A DNA stretch of 64,000 nt, from NCBI GenBank assembly GCA_937875855.1, contig CALFHF010000222.1, forward strand, positions 15,353-79,352. The letters run 5' to 3'. The DNA is from an uncultured Flavobacteriales bacterium. Its GTDB lineage: Bacteria; Bacteroidota; Bacteroidia; Flavobacteriales_D; JABDKJ01. The notes under the pieces are model-generated. The model did not search any database. It was given only the letters and a program-made list of their open reading frames with translations, and had not been told where the DNA came from. Shown here piece after piece: positions 1-10,260 of the stretch. Both the position numbers and the translations under genes were made by a program. Every line of letters starts with the position of its first letter. The first letter of the stretch is position 1.

Positions 1-1237
1 GGCCAGAGGCCGCGCACCCATGAAGGCGGAGAGTAAGAAGGCTTTACCTCTTTCTGAGATTCATAGAGAAGAAAATGAACGTATACCGACAGGATACGGA
101 GAACTAGACAGAGTGCTCGGAGGCGGCTTAGTCCCAGGATCCATTGTGCTTCTGGGCGGTGAACCGGGAATTGGGAAATCTACACTTACGCTACAGGTGG
201 CGATGGAACTTAAAAGCAAGGTGCTCTATATCTCGGGTGAAGAAAGCTTGCAGCAGATTAAGATGAGGGCAGAGCGATTAGGAAACATGAACCCCGCTTG
301 CTTATTGCTCAATGAAGTGAACACTCATCACATCCTTTCCCAGCTCGAAGAAGTGCGGCCTGATGTCTTGGTGGTAGATTCTATTCAGACCTTGTACAGC
401 CCACAACTCGACAGTACACCGGGAAGCATTTCTCAGATTCGTGAATGCACAGGCGAGATGATGCGTTTTGCCAAAGAGACTTCGACTCCGGTTATTCTCA
501 TAGGGCATATCACCAAGGATGGGAACTTGGCCGGACCTAAAGTATTAGAGCACATGGTGGATACTGTGTTGCATTTTGAAGGAGATAGAAATCATGCCTA
601 CAGGCTGCTTCGCTCAACCAAGAATCGCTTTGGTTCCACGCATGAACTAGGCATTTTCGAGATGGCAGGTGATGGACTTCATGAGGTCTTGGATCCTAGT
701 AAAGTTCTTACGAATTCATTTGAAGAAGAATACAGCGGAATAGCCGTTGGAGCGATGCTGGAAGGGCTTCGGCCTATGCTCATAGAAGCACAATCGCTAG
801 TGAGCTCAGCCGTATACGGAACACCACAACGCTCGGCTACAGGATTTGATCTACGGAGGCTAAACATGCTCCTCGCTGTGCTTGAAAAGCGCGGAGGATT
901 TAAGATAGGGGCGAAGGATGTTTTCTTGAATATCGCTGGAGGATTGCGGGTTGAAGATCCAGGGTTGGACTTGGCCGTGGTAGCCGCCATCATGTCTTCA
1001 TATCTGGATATGGCTATCCCTGAGGGAACCTGCTTCGCAGCAGAAATAGGATTGAGCGGTGAGTTAAGACCTGCCTCGCGTATTTCCCAGCGCGTAAGCG
1101 AAGCCGCCAAACTAGGCTATAAACGCATTTATATCAGCAGTTATGGCCCGCAGGATATGGATAAAGAAAATCGCTTGCAGATTATCAAAGTCTCTCGTCT
1201 TCAAGACGTCTTTGCAGGTCTTTTTGCGGGGGCTTGA
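1..1237 (+). CDS. radA: DNA repair protein RadA/Sms, 5'-truncated by the window edge
   Basis: The frame is open back to base 2 with no upstream stop. Walker A GEPGIGKST, KNRFG motif and a Lon-like C-terminal domain are present. The N-terminal zinc finger is absent, so the true start lies upstream of the window. Confidence 0.9.
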   Translation, partial: ARGRAPMKAESKKALPLSEIHREENERIPTGYGELDRVLGGGLVPGSIVLLGGEPGIGKSTLTLQVAMELKSKVLYISGEESLQQIKMRAERLGNMNPACLLLNEVNTHHILSQLEEVRPDVLVVDSIQTLYSPQLDSTPGSISQIRECTGEMMRFAKETSTPVILIGHITKDGNLAGPKVLEHMVDTVLHFEGDRNHAYRLLRSTKNRFGSTHELGIFEMAGDGLHEVLDPSKVLTNSFEEEYSGIAVGAMLEGLRPMLIEAQSLVSSAVYGTPQRSATGFDLRRLNMLLAVLEKRGGFKIGAKDVFLNIAGGLRVEDPGLDLAVVAAIMSSYLDMAIPEGTCFAAEIGLSGELRPASRISQRVSEAAKLGYKRIYISSYGPQDMDKENRLQIIKVSRLQDVFAGLFAGA

Positions 1238-1340
1238 TTAGCTCATCTATCGCCAAAGACATCATCTTAGATCGGGGGCTCTCTTGATGGCCATATTGAA
1301 GCCCAATGGAGTTTGAGCGATAGCCTAAGCGCAGCACAAA

Positions 1341-3500
1341 TCAGATCTCTCCAGCCATCGCTTCGTTCACATTCATGATATGATCACCCACTTTCTCGCA
1401 TTGTGAGAAGAGGTCATTATAAATCATGCTGCCTTGAATGTTTTCATCCCCTTTAGCTATTCGGTCATGATACTTCCTGCGAAGCTCATTTCTATAGGTA
1501 TTGATATCCTTTTCAATAGACTTAGCCTTCTCCAGATTTATCTTCTTATAATCTGCATTCAAGTTCTCATTCATGAGTTTAAAGGCTGCATCCAAGAGAT
1601 TTAACATCTCATTCAAGTTTGCACGCTGCTTTGGATCGAAGTAGATATTGTCATCTCGCTTACGCTCCATGCTCTTAGACATCTGATAGAAGATGTCACC
1701 TATGCGCTCTAAGTCATTGATTATGCTCAACATGGAACGTACTTCCATGCTGTTCTCATCAGTAAGCTCGCTCTTGGCTACCTTCTCTAAGAATTGAGCA
1801 ATCTCTATCTCAAAACGATCCGTTATTTCCTCGTACTTGCCCAATTTCTTGAGCATCTTTGCATTCTCTTTTTTCCCGGGTTCATTCAGAAGCACCCTTA
1901 CGAATTTCACCATCCTACTTGTGATATCTCCAAAACGGGCAATCTCTTGCTTAGCCTCCAATAATCCTAGGCCTGTATAGCTGATGACACTTCCTCCTAT
2001 GTAATTCAGCTTGAACTCTTCATCCGAGTCCCCTTTAGACTTCACGGTGCGCTCAGCTAGCCTGACTAAAGTAGGAACGAACCAGATCATGATGAACACG
2101 TTACATGCGTTGAACATTGTATGGAATAAGGCGATACCAGAGTTCGCCATTTCATAATTCTCAGCATCGAAACTATCTCCACCGATTATGTATCCCACCA
2201 TGCTGGTGAACCACGGGAACACTAAGAGCATCCACGTGACTCCAATGATATTGAATAACGAGTGGATTCTGGCTGAACGCTTGGCGTGCACGTTGCCTAC
2301 GGCTGAGGCTATCTCGGCAGTGATTGTAGTTCCAATGTTTTCTCCCAAAATCATCGCACATGCGACCTCATAAGGAATAATGCCCTTGGACACCATAGTA
2401 AGTGTAAGCGCCATGGCGGCTGATGAAGACTGAATCACAATGGTGACCAAGGCTCCCAAAAGCACGAACATAATGTTACTTATGACTGGAATATCCTTAT
2501 AGTTCACGAAGAACTGAACGATAGCAGAGTCATTGTCCAAGGTAGGCACGGAGTCCTTCAAGAACTCAAGTCCAATAAATAGAATAGCGAAGCCAATGAC
2601 TGCGCTACTAATTTCCTTTGCCTTAGAGAAATTCATGAACATCAAGGGTGCTCCCAAGGCAATCAACACCAAAGCATAACTCGCAATGCTCACTTTGAAT
2701 CCAAGCAAAAGAACAAGCCAAGCAGTGATGGTAGTTCCTATGTTGGCACCCATCATCACACCAGCTGATTGTCTCAGGGTAAGAAGACCTGCATTAACCA
2801 GGCTCACGGTCATTACCGTGGTTACCGATGAAGATTGCACAATAGCTGTAGAGAAGAATCCGGTGAAAACTCCTTTCACACGATTCGAAGTAAGGCTACC
2901 GAGCATCTTTCTTAGGCGTTCACCTGAAGCTCTCTGAAGACCATCACTCATCACCTTCATCCCAAAGATGAAAAGCCCTAACGCTCCTATGAGGATTAAG
3001 AACTTCATTAGACCCCAGCCACGGTCGGCTTGAACCTTTATCTTCTTAGACCAGATCATTCCCTTGTCTCCAGATTCTATGGAGGGCATCTGCTCAGTGG
3101 AGGACATTCCTACATAGAAGACGTACTTCTCATTGCCTATCAAATCTTCTACGGCATAGCTTATTTCCTTGGCCGAAATAGGCTCTGTGTATTTCCAATC
3201 GGAAGAAAGACCACTCTCTTCACGCTTAGCCCCGATCTCCGTATTGTACTTGATGATGACGTATCGATCACCTACTGCAGCAACCTCATTGTAGTCAAGT
3301 ACCCAGTTGATTTCAGCTCCTTCCGCAACTCCGCTTCCGTCTACTGACTTGAAGACCGACTTGTCAAGTGGTTTCTGGGTGTTTACTGGAACGTAGTTCT
3401 CAGTAGCTGTGCTATCCTGCGTCTGTGTAGCAGATAACTGAAGAGTAAGTCCTAGAAAGAGGAGAAGTGAAAAAATCGAATACCTGAAGGGAAACCTCAT
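1341..3500 (-). CDS. Na+/phosphate cotransporter family protein (NptA-like) with PhoU-like C-terminal helices and an N-terminal extension of about 165 aa carrying a signal peptide
   Basis: Duplicated QSSS motifs (IVQSSSVTTV, VIQSSSAAMA) and GMKVMSDGLQ are present in a multi-TM core. The C-terminus has PhoU-like ERIGD and EKVGDH helices. Confidence 0.8.
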   Translation of the reverse strand: MRFPFRYSIFSLLLFLGLTLQLSATQTQDSTATENYVPVNTQKPLDKSVFKSVDGSGVAEGAEINWVLDYNEVAAVGDRYVIIKYNTEIGAKREESGLSSDWKYTEPISAKEISYAVEDLIGNEKYVFYVGMSSTEQMPSIESGDKGMIWSKKIKVQADRGWGLMKFLILIGALGLFIFGMKVMSDGLQRASGERLRKMLGSLTSNRVKGVFTGFFSTAIVQSSSVTTVMTVSLVNAGLLTLRQSAGVMMGANIGTTITAWLVLLLGFKVSIASYALVLIALGAPLMFMNFSKAKEISSAVIGFAILFIGLEFLKDSVPTLDNDSAIVQFFVNYKDIPVISNIMFVLLGALVTIVIQSSSAAMALTLTMVSKGIIPYEVACAMILGENIGTTITAEIASAVGNVHAKRSARIHSLFNIIGVTWMLLVFPWFTSMVGYIIGGDSFDAENYEMANSGIALFHTMFNACNVFIMIWFVPTLVRLAERTVKSKGDSDEEFKLNYIGGSVISYTGLGLLEAKQEIARFGDITSRMVKFVRVLLNEPGKKENAKMLKKLGKYEEITDRFEIEIAQFLEKVAKSELTDENSMEVRSMLSIINDLERIGDIFYQMSKSMERKRDDNIYFDPKQRANLNEMLNLLDAAFKLMNENLNADYKKINLEKAKSIEKDINTYRNELRRKYHDRIAKGDENIQGSMIYNDLFSQCEKVGDHIMNVNEAMAGEI

Positions 3501-3744
3501 GAGGGGGCAACTTTTTATGAGCTGTAAAACTACATCACATGTGGCTAAAGTCAGGATTTTATCTCAAGGTTAACGATTCATTAACATAGGAAAGGAAATA
3601 CTGTTCGCCATAAGCAGAACCGTATTAGCTTTAGGGCGCTGATCTTATACTATGTTATCAAAATGTTAGAAGGACATTATCTAAACTATAACAGTGCAAA
3701 AAAAAAAGAACTTTGGGCCTAATAATCCATCGAAAATCCCCTGC

Positions 3745-4899
3745 ATGCATCTTCGCTTTCTGCTACTCGTAAGCTTATCGTTCGTCTTTAGTGCTCTATG
3801 CGCACAGGATACCACCAGCACCTCTTTTGGTAATGGGTTGATCAATGTGGTTGCTAAAGATTCTTCATGGTCTACTAAATCTACTTTCCGTGTGCAGACC
3901 CAGTACGAAGGGGTCCTCACTGATGACAACAGCTATACAGATAGATATAGAGTGAGAAGGGGAAGGATCAAAGGAAATGGATGGGTAGGAAAAGACCAAA
4001 AAATCAAATACAAGTATGAATATGACATGGTCAATGGCCAAGTCTTGGATGCCGTCTTGAGGTATGAATTTGCGAAGAATTGGGAAATTTGGATTGGGCA
4101 GACCAAACTCCCTGGCAATATTGAGCGTGTAATCTCTTCCCAAAGTCTTCAGCTAGTCGACCGTTCTATACTCAACGCGAGGTTCAACCTTGACCGTGAT
4201 GGAGGTCTTCAATTGCACCACACTCATTTTCTTGGATCCGTCATGGTCAAAGAAAAACTGGCGTTCTCTCAAGGTGAAGGACTGAATTCAACGAATAAGT
4301 CGAAGGGGTCTTCCTATACCGCACGCCTTGAAATCTTCCCTTTCGGCAATTTCGAAAAGGCTAGGGGAGAGTATAAATCTTCTGATTTAAGAAGAACTAA
4401 AACACCTAAACTCATGCTTGGGTTTGTATTCGACCATAACGAGCAAGCTATTCGCAGCCAAGGCCATATAGGTAGTTATTTCAGTAACGCCTCAAGAAAC
4501 CTGGCTACAGTAATGGCCGATGCACATTTAAAATACAAAGGATTAAGTATAATGCTTGAATATGCCCAGCGTTACGCAGAAAACTCCTCTCCAGTGATTG
4601 CACCCATAGAAGATGACCACGGAACAATCCTGGTTCCTGGAGCTGTCTTTTACACAGGATATGCAGCCAATGCTCAAGCAGGATATCTCTTCAAATCTTT
4701 TTGGGAAATTGCAGGTCGCTTTACCATGTTGAGACCTGAAGACCAACTCTTAGAAGACAATAAGGAGCAATACACCCTAGGTGTTTCGAGGTATGTCTAC
4801 GGTCATAACCTGAAGATTCAGACCGATGCGAGTTTGCTTCAAGAAGCGAATGGATCCAGCGAAGTCATGTTCAGATTACAGACTGAATTCACCTTTTGA
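3745..4899 (+). CDS. Outer-membrane porin, probably of the phosphate-selective porin O/P family
   Basis: The ATG at 3745 gives the signal peptide MHLRFLLLVSLSFVFSALCAQ; the track ORF begins at a GTG at 3694. The sequence has a beta-barrel-like alternating pattern, an RVRRGRIKGNG segment and a C-terminal F. It is divergent from the Na/Pi transporter gene. Confidence 0.6.
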   Translation: MHLRFLLLVSLSFVFSALCAQDTTSTSFGNGLINVVAKDSSWSTKSTFRVQTQYEGVLTDDNSYTDRYRVRRGRIKGNGWVGKDQKIKYKYEYDMVNGQVLDAVLRYEFAKNWEIWIGQTKLPGNIERVISSQSLQLVDRSILNARFNLDRDGGLQLHHTHFLGSVMVKEKLAFSQGEGLNSTNKSKGSSYTARLEIFPFGNFEKARGEYKSSDLRRTKTPKLMLGFVFDHNEQAIRSQGHIGSYFSNASRNLATVMADAHLKYKGLSIMLEYAQRYAENSSPVIAPIEDDHGTILVPGAVFYTGYAANAQAGYLFKSFWEIAGRFTMLRPEDQLLEDNKEQYTLGVSRYVYGHNLKIQTDASLLQEANGSSEVMFRLQTEFTF

Positions 4900-4911
4900 T
4901 TTTACGATAGC

Positions 4912-5964
4912 TTAATCGCTGGCCCTGCTTACGTCAACAGCTTCAACCATTTCCATAGATCTGTAATCGAAGCCTTCATATTTCCGTGCGACTAGGTGAA
5001 GCTCTGCGATAATCTCGCTTTCCTCCATGGTAGAAACCATCACCGCACGATGCTCCTTTATGCCGGGAAGACCTTTGAAATAATTTGAATAATGCCTACG
5101 CATCTCTACGATGCCGAGCACAGGCCCTTTCCACTCTAAGGACATTTTCAGGTGTTGAATGGCTGCTTCCACACGTTGACCAACACTTGGTGGTGCTAAG
5201 TGCTCACCCGTGCGCATGAAATGTTTGATTTCATTGAAAACCCATGGATTCCCAATGCTCGCCCTGCCTATCATGATACCGTCTACTCCGTAGCGTTCTT
5301 TCATCAAGACCGCTTTTTCAGGTGTATCTACATCTCCATTTCCGAAAACAGGAATGTGCATTCTTGGATTATTCCTCACGGCTGCTATCAGGCTCCAATC
5401 GGATTCTCCCTTATACATCTGCTTGCGGGTGCGGCCATGAATAGAGATTGCCTTGATTCCCACATCTTGGAGTCGCTCTGCCACTTCTACGATGTACATG
5501 GTCTTCTCATCCCATCCTAGGCGTGTCTTCACGGTCACTGGGAGATTCACCGCTTTCACGATTTCAGAAGTCATGCTCACCATCTTCGGAATATCCTGCA
5601 AGATTCCCGCTCCGGCTCCTTTACAGGCCACCTTTTTTACAGGGCAGCCATAATTGATGTCAATTATATCTGGCTTGGCTTGCTCTGTAATCTCAGCAGC
5701 CTCTATCATGCTGTCTATGTCAGAACCGAAAATCTGAATACCTACAGGTCGCTCATACTCAAAGATGTCTAGCTTCTGGGTGCTTTTCACAGCATCACGA
5801 ATCAGACCTTCACTGGAAATGAACTCAGTGTACATGACGTCAGCTCCATGCTTCTTGCACAGTGCCCTGAAAGGTGGGTCACTCACGTCCTCCATGGGAG
5901 CGAGCAACAACGGGAATTCCCCTACTTCTATGTCTGCAATCTTGACCAAGGCTCTCTGAAGCAA
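4912..5964 (-). CDS. dusB: tRNA-dihydrouridine synthase
   Basis: LAPMEDVSDPPFR, a GCPVKKV..KGAGAG segment, TVKTRLGW and IHGRTR are present. Only TTG starts are available, at 5964 or 5949. Confidence 0.85.
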   Translation of the reverse strand: MLQRALVKIADIEVGEFPLLLAPMEDVSDPPFRALCKKHGADVMYTEFISSEGLIRDAVKSTQKLDIFEYERPVGIQIFGSDIDSMIEAAEITEQAKPDIIDINYGCPVKKVACKGAGAGILQDIPKMVSMTSEIVKAVNLPVTVKTRLGWDEKTMYIVEVAERLQDVGIKAISIHGRTRKQMYKGESDWSLIAAVRNNPRMHIPVFGNGDVDTPEKAVLMKERYGVDGIMIGRASIGNPWVFNEIKHFMRTGEHLAPPSVGQRVEAAIQHLKMSLEWKGPVLGIVEMRRHYSNYFKGLPGIKEHRAVMVSTMEESEIIAELHLVARKYEGFDYRSMEMVEAVDVSRASD

Positions 5965-5996
5965 TGTTAGCTTTGCTGCAAAAGTACATCCGCTTT

Positions 5997-8783
5997 ATGG
6001 CCCAAGACAATAAAAAGCTCTTTCTTCTCGATGCAATGGCGCTTATCTACCGCGCTTATTTCGCTTTTATCAAGCGTCCTTTGATCAACAGTAAGGGCAT
6101 GAACACCTCTGCCATGACTGGATTTATGGGCACCTTACATGACCTCATGAGCAAGGAAAGACCAAGCCATATTGCCGTAGCTTTTGATGCACACGCTCCT
6201 ACTGACAGAAGTACCGAATTCAGTTTCTATAAGGCCAATAGAGACGAAACACCAGGTGATATCATCAATAACATAGAGCCCATCAAAGAATTCTTGAGGG
6301 CTATGAAGATTCCCATTTTGGAAGTAGACGGCTATGAAGCTGACGATCTTATAGGTACCATGGCCAAAAAAGCTGAAGCAGAAGGATTTCAGGTATACAT
6401 GGTCACACCGGATAAGGATTTCGGGCAATTAGTCACAGAGAATATTTTCATGTTCAAGCCAGCCATTGGAGGACGTCCTCAGGAATTATTGGGCGTCAAG
6501 GAAGTCTTGAAAAAATGGGACATCGAGCGCATTGATCAAGTTATAGACATGCTTGGACTCATGGGTGATGCTGTAGATAATATCCCAGGAATAGCAGGAG
6601 TAGGAGAGAAGACTGCTCAGAAGCTATTGAAAGAGTATGATACTATTGAAGGATTATTGGCTAATACTTCAGGGCTCAAAGGAAAATTAAGGGAGAAAGT
6701 GGAGGAAGGAAAGGAGATGGCTCTCGTCTCTAAAAGGCTCGCAACCATCATTCTTGATGCACCGGTAGACTTCGATGCGGAGGAATACAAAATCTGTGGC
6801 CCTGATAAGGAAAGATTGACTGTGCTCTTTGATGAATATGAGTTCAGAACCCTTGGTAAGAGAATCCTAGGAGAAGACTACAGCTTTGGCACTACAGGTG
6901 GAACAGGAGGACAAATGGACCTCTTCAGCAATAATGGAGAGGAGGCCGTGGAGCCTGCTGGTGAGGCGCTCAAAACTATGTCAGACGTGGAAACTTCTTA
7001 TTATCTGATCAATGACGACACAGGGAGAAAGGAGCTGCTTAAAAAGCTCATGGCTGAGAAGTTGGTGTGCTTAGACACGGAGACCAGCGGATTAGACCCT
7101 TTGCTAAGTGAGCTAGTAGGAATGTCTTTCAGCGTGAAGCCGGGAGAAGCTTGGTATGTGACTGTACCAAATGATAAAGAAGCTACTCAAGCTATTGTAG
7201 ACCTATTCAAGCCCTTCTTCGAGAACGAGAAAATTAGCAAACTTGGGCATAACCTGAAGTATGATATGCTCATGCTCATGAATTATGGGGTGGAACTTCA
7301 AGGGGAAATACTCGACACCATGATAGAGCATTACCTCATAGAACCTGAGAAACGTCATGGAATGGATTATCTCTCTGAATCTTTCTTGGGTTACAGCCCT
7401 GTTTCTATCACTGAATTAATTGGCAAGAAAGGACGCAATCAAAAGAGCATGCGAGACCTGGAGCCCTTAGATATCAAAGACTACGCGTCAGAAGATGCAG
7501 ACATTACGTTGCAATTACACCATGCTTTCAAACCCGCATTGAAGAAACGCGATGTGGAGAAACTGTATAATGAAGTGGAAGCACCCCTTGTCAAAGTTTT
7601 GGCAGAGATGGAATATGAAGGAGTAGGACTCGATGTCGAATTCTTGAACGCATATTCCAAAGAATTAGAGATTGAAGCCATCAGAGCAAGGGATAAGATA
7701 TTCGAGAAAGCAGGCATGGAGTTCAACTTGAATTCACCCAAACAATTAGGGGAAGTGCTCTTCGATAAATTAGCTATTCCATACAAGAGCAAGAAGACGA
7801 AGACAGGACAGTTTAGCACCAATGAAGATGTTTTAAGCAGATTAGAGCATGAGCATCCTATCGCTGCAGATATTATGGAATACAGGGAAATCAGCAAGCT
7901 GAAAAGCACCTATGTGGACGCGCTTCCTGCCATTGTTAATCCTAGAACAGGAAGAATTCACACTTCTTTCAGGCAGGCTATCGTGCCTACTGGAAGACTA
8001 AGTTCTGATAATCCTAACATCCAGAACATTCCCATACGCACTGAGCGTGGGAGGAAAATCAGAAAGGCTTTCATACCGCCATCTGATGAGTTCGTATTGC
8101 TTGCAGCTGACTATTCCCAAGTGGAATTGCGCATTATCGCAGCATTGTCTAAGGATGCTAATATGATTCAAGCGTTCTTGGATGGAGAAGATATTCACGC
8201 TTCCACAGCATCTAAAGTCTTCGGGGTACCCTTGGTTGAGGTGACTACAGACCTTAGGAGAAAGGCAAAAGCAGTGAATTTTGGCCTTGCATATGGTCAA
8301 GGGGCTTTCGGACTAGCTATGAACTTGAACATCTCACGCGCGGAGGCCAAGGAGATTATCGATAATTATTTTGATAAATATCCAGGAATCAAGAAGTACA
8401 TGGATGAGAGTATAGCTGACGCCAGAAAGAAAGGATACAGCGAGACCATTTTGGGAAGAAAAAGAGAATTGCCTGACATCAATGCAGGGAACAATACAGT
8501 ACGTGCTCAAGCAGAGCGAAATGCTGTCAATACACCCATCCAAGGTTCCGCTGCTGATGTAATCAAGCTGGCCATGATTCATATTCAAGCGGAGATGAAA
8601 AAGAAAAAAACCCGCTCTAAAATGATTCTTCAGGTACATGATGAATTGGTCTTCGATGTACACCATTCTGAATTGGACTACATGAAAGCCATGGTGGTCG
8701 AAAAAATGAGTAAAGCTGTCGAACTGGAGGTACCTTTATTGGTAGAGGTAGGTTTTGGTGAAAACTGGTTAGAAGCTCATTGA
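5997..8783 (+). CDS. polA: DNA polymerase I
   Basis: A 5'-nuclease N-terminus (KKLFLLDAMALIYRAYF) and a 3'-5' exonuclease motif (LDTETSGLD) are present. The polymerase motifs are DYSQVELRI, RRKAKAVNFGLAYG and QVHDELVF. The ATG at 5997 is preferred over 5964, which would overlap the dusB start. Confidence 0.95.
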   Translation: MAQDNKKLFLLDAMALIYRAYFAFIKRPLINSKGMNTSAMTGFMGTLHDLMSKERPSHIAVAFDAHAPTDRSTEFSFYKANRDETPGDIINNIEPIKEFLRAMKIPILEVDGYEADDLIGTMAKKAEAEGFQVYMVTPDKDFGQLVTENIFMFKPAIGGRPQELLGVKEVLKKWDIERIDQVIDMLGLMGDAVDNIPGIAGVGEKTAQKLLKEYDTIEGLLANTSGLKGKLREKVEEGKEMALVSKRLATIILDAPVDFDAEEYKICGPDKERLTVLFDEYEFRTLGKRILGEDYSFGTTGGTGGQMDLFSNNGEEAVEPAGEALKTMSDVETSYYLINDDTGRKELLKKLMAEKLVCLDTETSGLDPLLSELVGMSFSVKPGEAWYVTVPNDKEATQAIVDLFKPFFENEKISKLGHNLKYDMLMLMNYGVELQGEILDTMIEHYLIEPEKRHGMDYLSESFLGYSPVSITELIGKKGRNQKSMRDLEPLDIKDYASEDADITLQLHHAFKPALKKRDVEKLYNEVEAPLVKVLAEMEYEGVGLDVEFLNAYSKELEIEAIRARDKIFEKAGMEFNLNSPKQLGEVLFDKLAIPYKSKKTKTGQFSTNEDVLSRLEHEHPIAADIMEYREISKLKSTYVDALPAIVNPRTGRIHTSFRQAIVPTGRLSSDNPNIQNIPIRTERGRKIRKAFIPPSDEFVLLAADYSQVELRIIAALSKDANMIQAFLDGEDIHASTASKVFGVPLVEVTTDLRRKAKAVNFGLAYGQGAFGLAMNLNISRAEAKEIIDNYFDKYPGIKKYMDESIADARKKGYSETILGRKRELPDINAGNNTVRAQAERNAVNTPIQGSAADVIKLAMIHIQAEMKKKKTRSKMILQVHDELVFDVHHSELDYMKAMVVEKMSKAVELEVPLLVEVGFGENWLEAH

Positions 8784-8864
8784 GCGACTCGTTTTTTGAA
8801 ACTTTGCACTTGATTTAACGTATATCTAATCGGACACAAGTCCTTATTGAATTAACGAACAGTT

Positions 8865-9770
8865 ATGAGCTATAGAATGAAAAACATATCCCTCTGGATA
8901 TTTGCGGCAGCTTTATGCCTAACACTTGGATTGACTTCCTGTGGAGACGTCTCTAAAGATGACTCCTTGACCAAAGCCAACACGGCTGCTGATGGTCAGA
9001 CTGAGCAGCAGGCAGATCGAGTTAAGAAAATATTTTATTCCATCCCATCTCCTGTAGAGATGGTTTCCTTAATCCAAGATGTTGGGTCTAGGTATGATTA
9101 TTCTTTGTTGAATAAAGTGGAAAACAGAACGAAGTATAGTTCCGCGAAAAGCAAAGCAGTAAACCTAGGTATCTATGGTGCTGACCTGAGTTATACCAGT
9201 GTGTTCAACCAAAATCAAGAGTCTATACTATATATGTCATGTGCCAAGCAATTGGCTGATGAACTAGGTGTGTCAAGCGCTTTCTCTAATGAAACCATAG
9301 CGCGTGTTGAGGAGAACTTAGAGAACAGAGATTCTCTCTTGCATATCATCACAGAGACCTTCTATGAATTAGATGCTTATTTGAAAGAGAATGACCGTTC
9401 TAATATATCAGCTCAGGTGATTACCGGTGGCTGGCTTGAAGGACTTTATCTGGCCAGCAAAATGGTGCAGATGTATGGAAAAGGAAATGAATTAAGCGAT
9501 CGTATAGTTGATCAGCGCTTAGCCCTCAAAGACTTGATTTCATTGAACAAGGCTTACAACAAAGATGGTTCATTGGATGATGTCTTAATGGATTTAGAAT
9601 CTTTGGAAGCCATTTATGCAGAGGCTGATGCAGGTGGTTCGGTGGAGACACAAGTGGCTGCCGATGGTAAGGTGACGCTAGGAGGCAGCCCTGCTGCTAA
9701 GATGAGCGATGCGGTCATGGACAAGTTAATTGTCAAGACCATTGAGATTAGACAGAAATATGTGATGTGA
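8865..9770 (+). CDS. Hypothetical lipoprotein
   Basis: The 301-aa ORF has a lipoprotein signal with lipobox LGLTSC. The remainder is helical-looking and acidic, and I recognise no family. Confidence 0.6.
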   Translation: MSYRMKNISLWIFAAALCLTLGLTSCGDVSKDDSLTKANTAADGQTEQQADRVKKIFYSIPSPVEMVSLIQDVGSRYDYSLLNKVENRTKYSSAKSKAVNLGIYGADLSYTSVFNQNQESILYMSCAKQLADELGVSSAFSNETIARVEENLENRDSLLHIITETFYELDAYLKENDRSNISAQVITGGWLEGLYLASKMVQMYGKGNELSDRIVDQRLALKDLISLNKAYNKDGSLDDVLMDLESLEAIYAEADAGGSVETQVAADGKVTLGGSPAAKMSDAVMDKLIVKTIEIRQKYVM

Positions 9771-9814
9771 GGAAATTCTTCAGTAGAAGATTAAGAGAAT
9801 TAAGAACAAGAGAT

Positions 9815-10246
9815 ATGGAACGTAAAGCGATTATAGTTTTGTTGATAGTGATGCTGCCGGCCTTTGCCTTTTCACAGTGCAGGAGGTTTACCAAGGTGTC
9901 ATGCATACCCGCCCTAGGCGAGTACATCCCTAACGAGAACTTTAACAGTGCCGTGCTGATCCCAGGGGATCAAGCCGAGCTTATGATGACCTTCTATGCA
10001 GGTCAAGATTACAGAGTACTCATCTGCACCGAGGATATCCTCGGTGAAGTAGATTACACGCTCTCTGATGAATCAGGGAAAACAATATTCGACTCTAAGA
10101 ACATGGATAGAGGATTCATGGACTTTTCGGTAGCCAAGACTCAACAAGTCAAGGTGAACCTGAGTGTCCCCGATCGACCCTCTACCAATCAGCTCATCCA
10201 TGAAGGATGTGCGACCGTATTGATAGGATATAAGGAGAAAGGGTAG
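9815..10246 (+). CDS. Hypothetical secreted protein
   Basis: The ATG at 9815 gives the signal peptide MERKAIIVLLIVMLPAFAFSQ. The track ORF begins at a GTG at 9767 that overlaps the upstream stop. The gene is probably co-transcribed with 8865..9770. Confidence 0.55.
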   Translation: MERKAIIVLLIVMLPAFAFSQCRRFTKVSCIPALGEYIPNENFNSAVLIPGDQAELMMTFYAGQDYRVLICTEDILGEVDYTLSDESGKTIFDSKNMDRGFMDFSVAKTQQVKVNLSVPDRPSTNQLIHEGCATVLIGYKEKG

Positions 10247-10260
10247 CCCTTTTCTAATCG

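Noticed and set aside
679-1110. A 143-aa minus-strand ORF within radA.
   Set aside because: It is antisense to a well-supported RadA frame. Its composition, rich in S, P, A and R, is typical of a shadow ORF.
3569-3585. A TTAAC-N6-TTAAC direct repeat with 11-bp phasing between the phosphate transporter and porin genes, reminiscent of Pho-box spacing.
   Set aside because: Only two 5-nt half-sites are present. My rough estimate is about 0.2 such coincidences per intergenic region of this size. The Pho-box consensus for this lineage is also not known to me.
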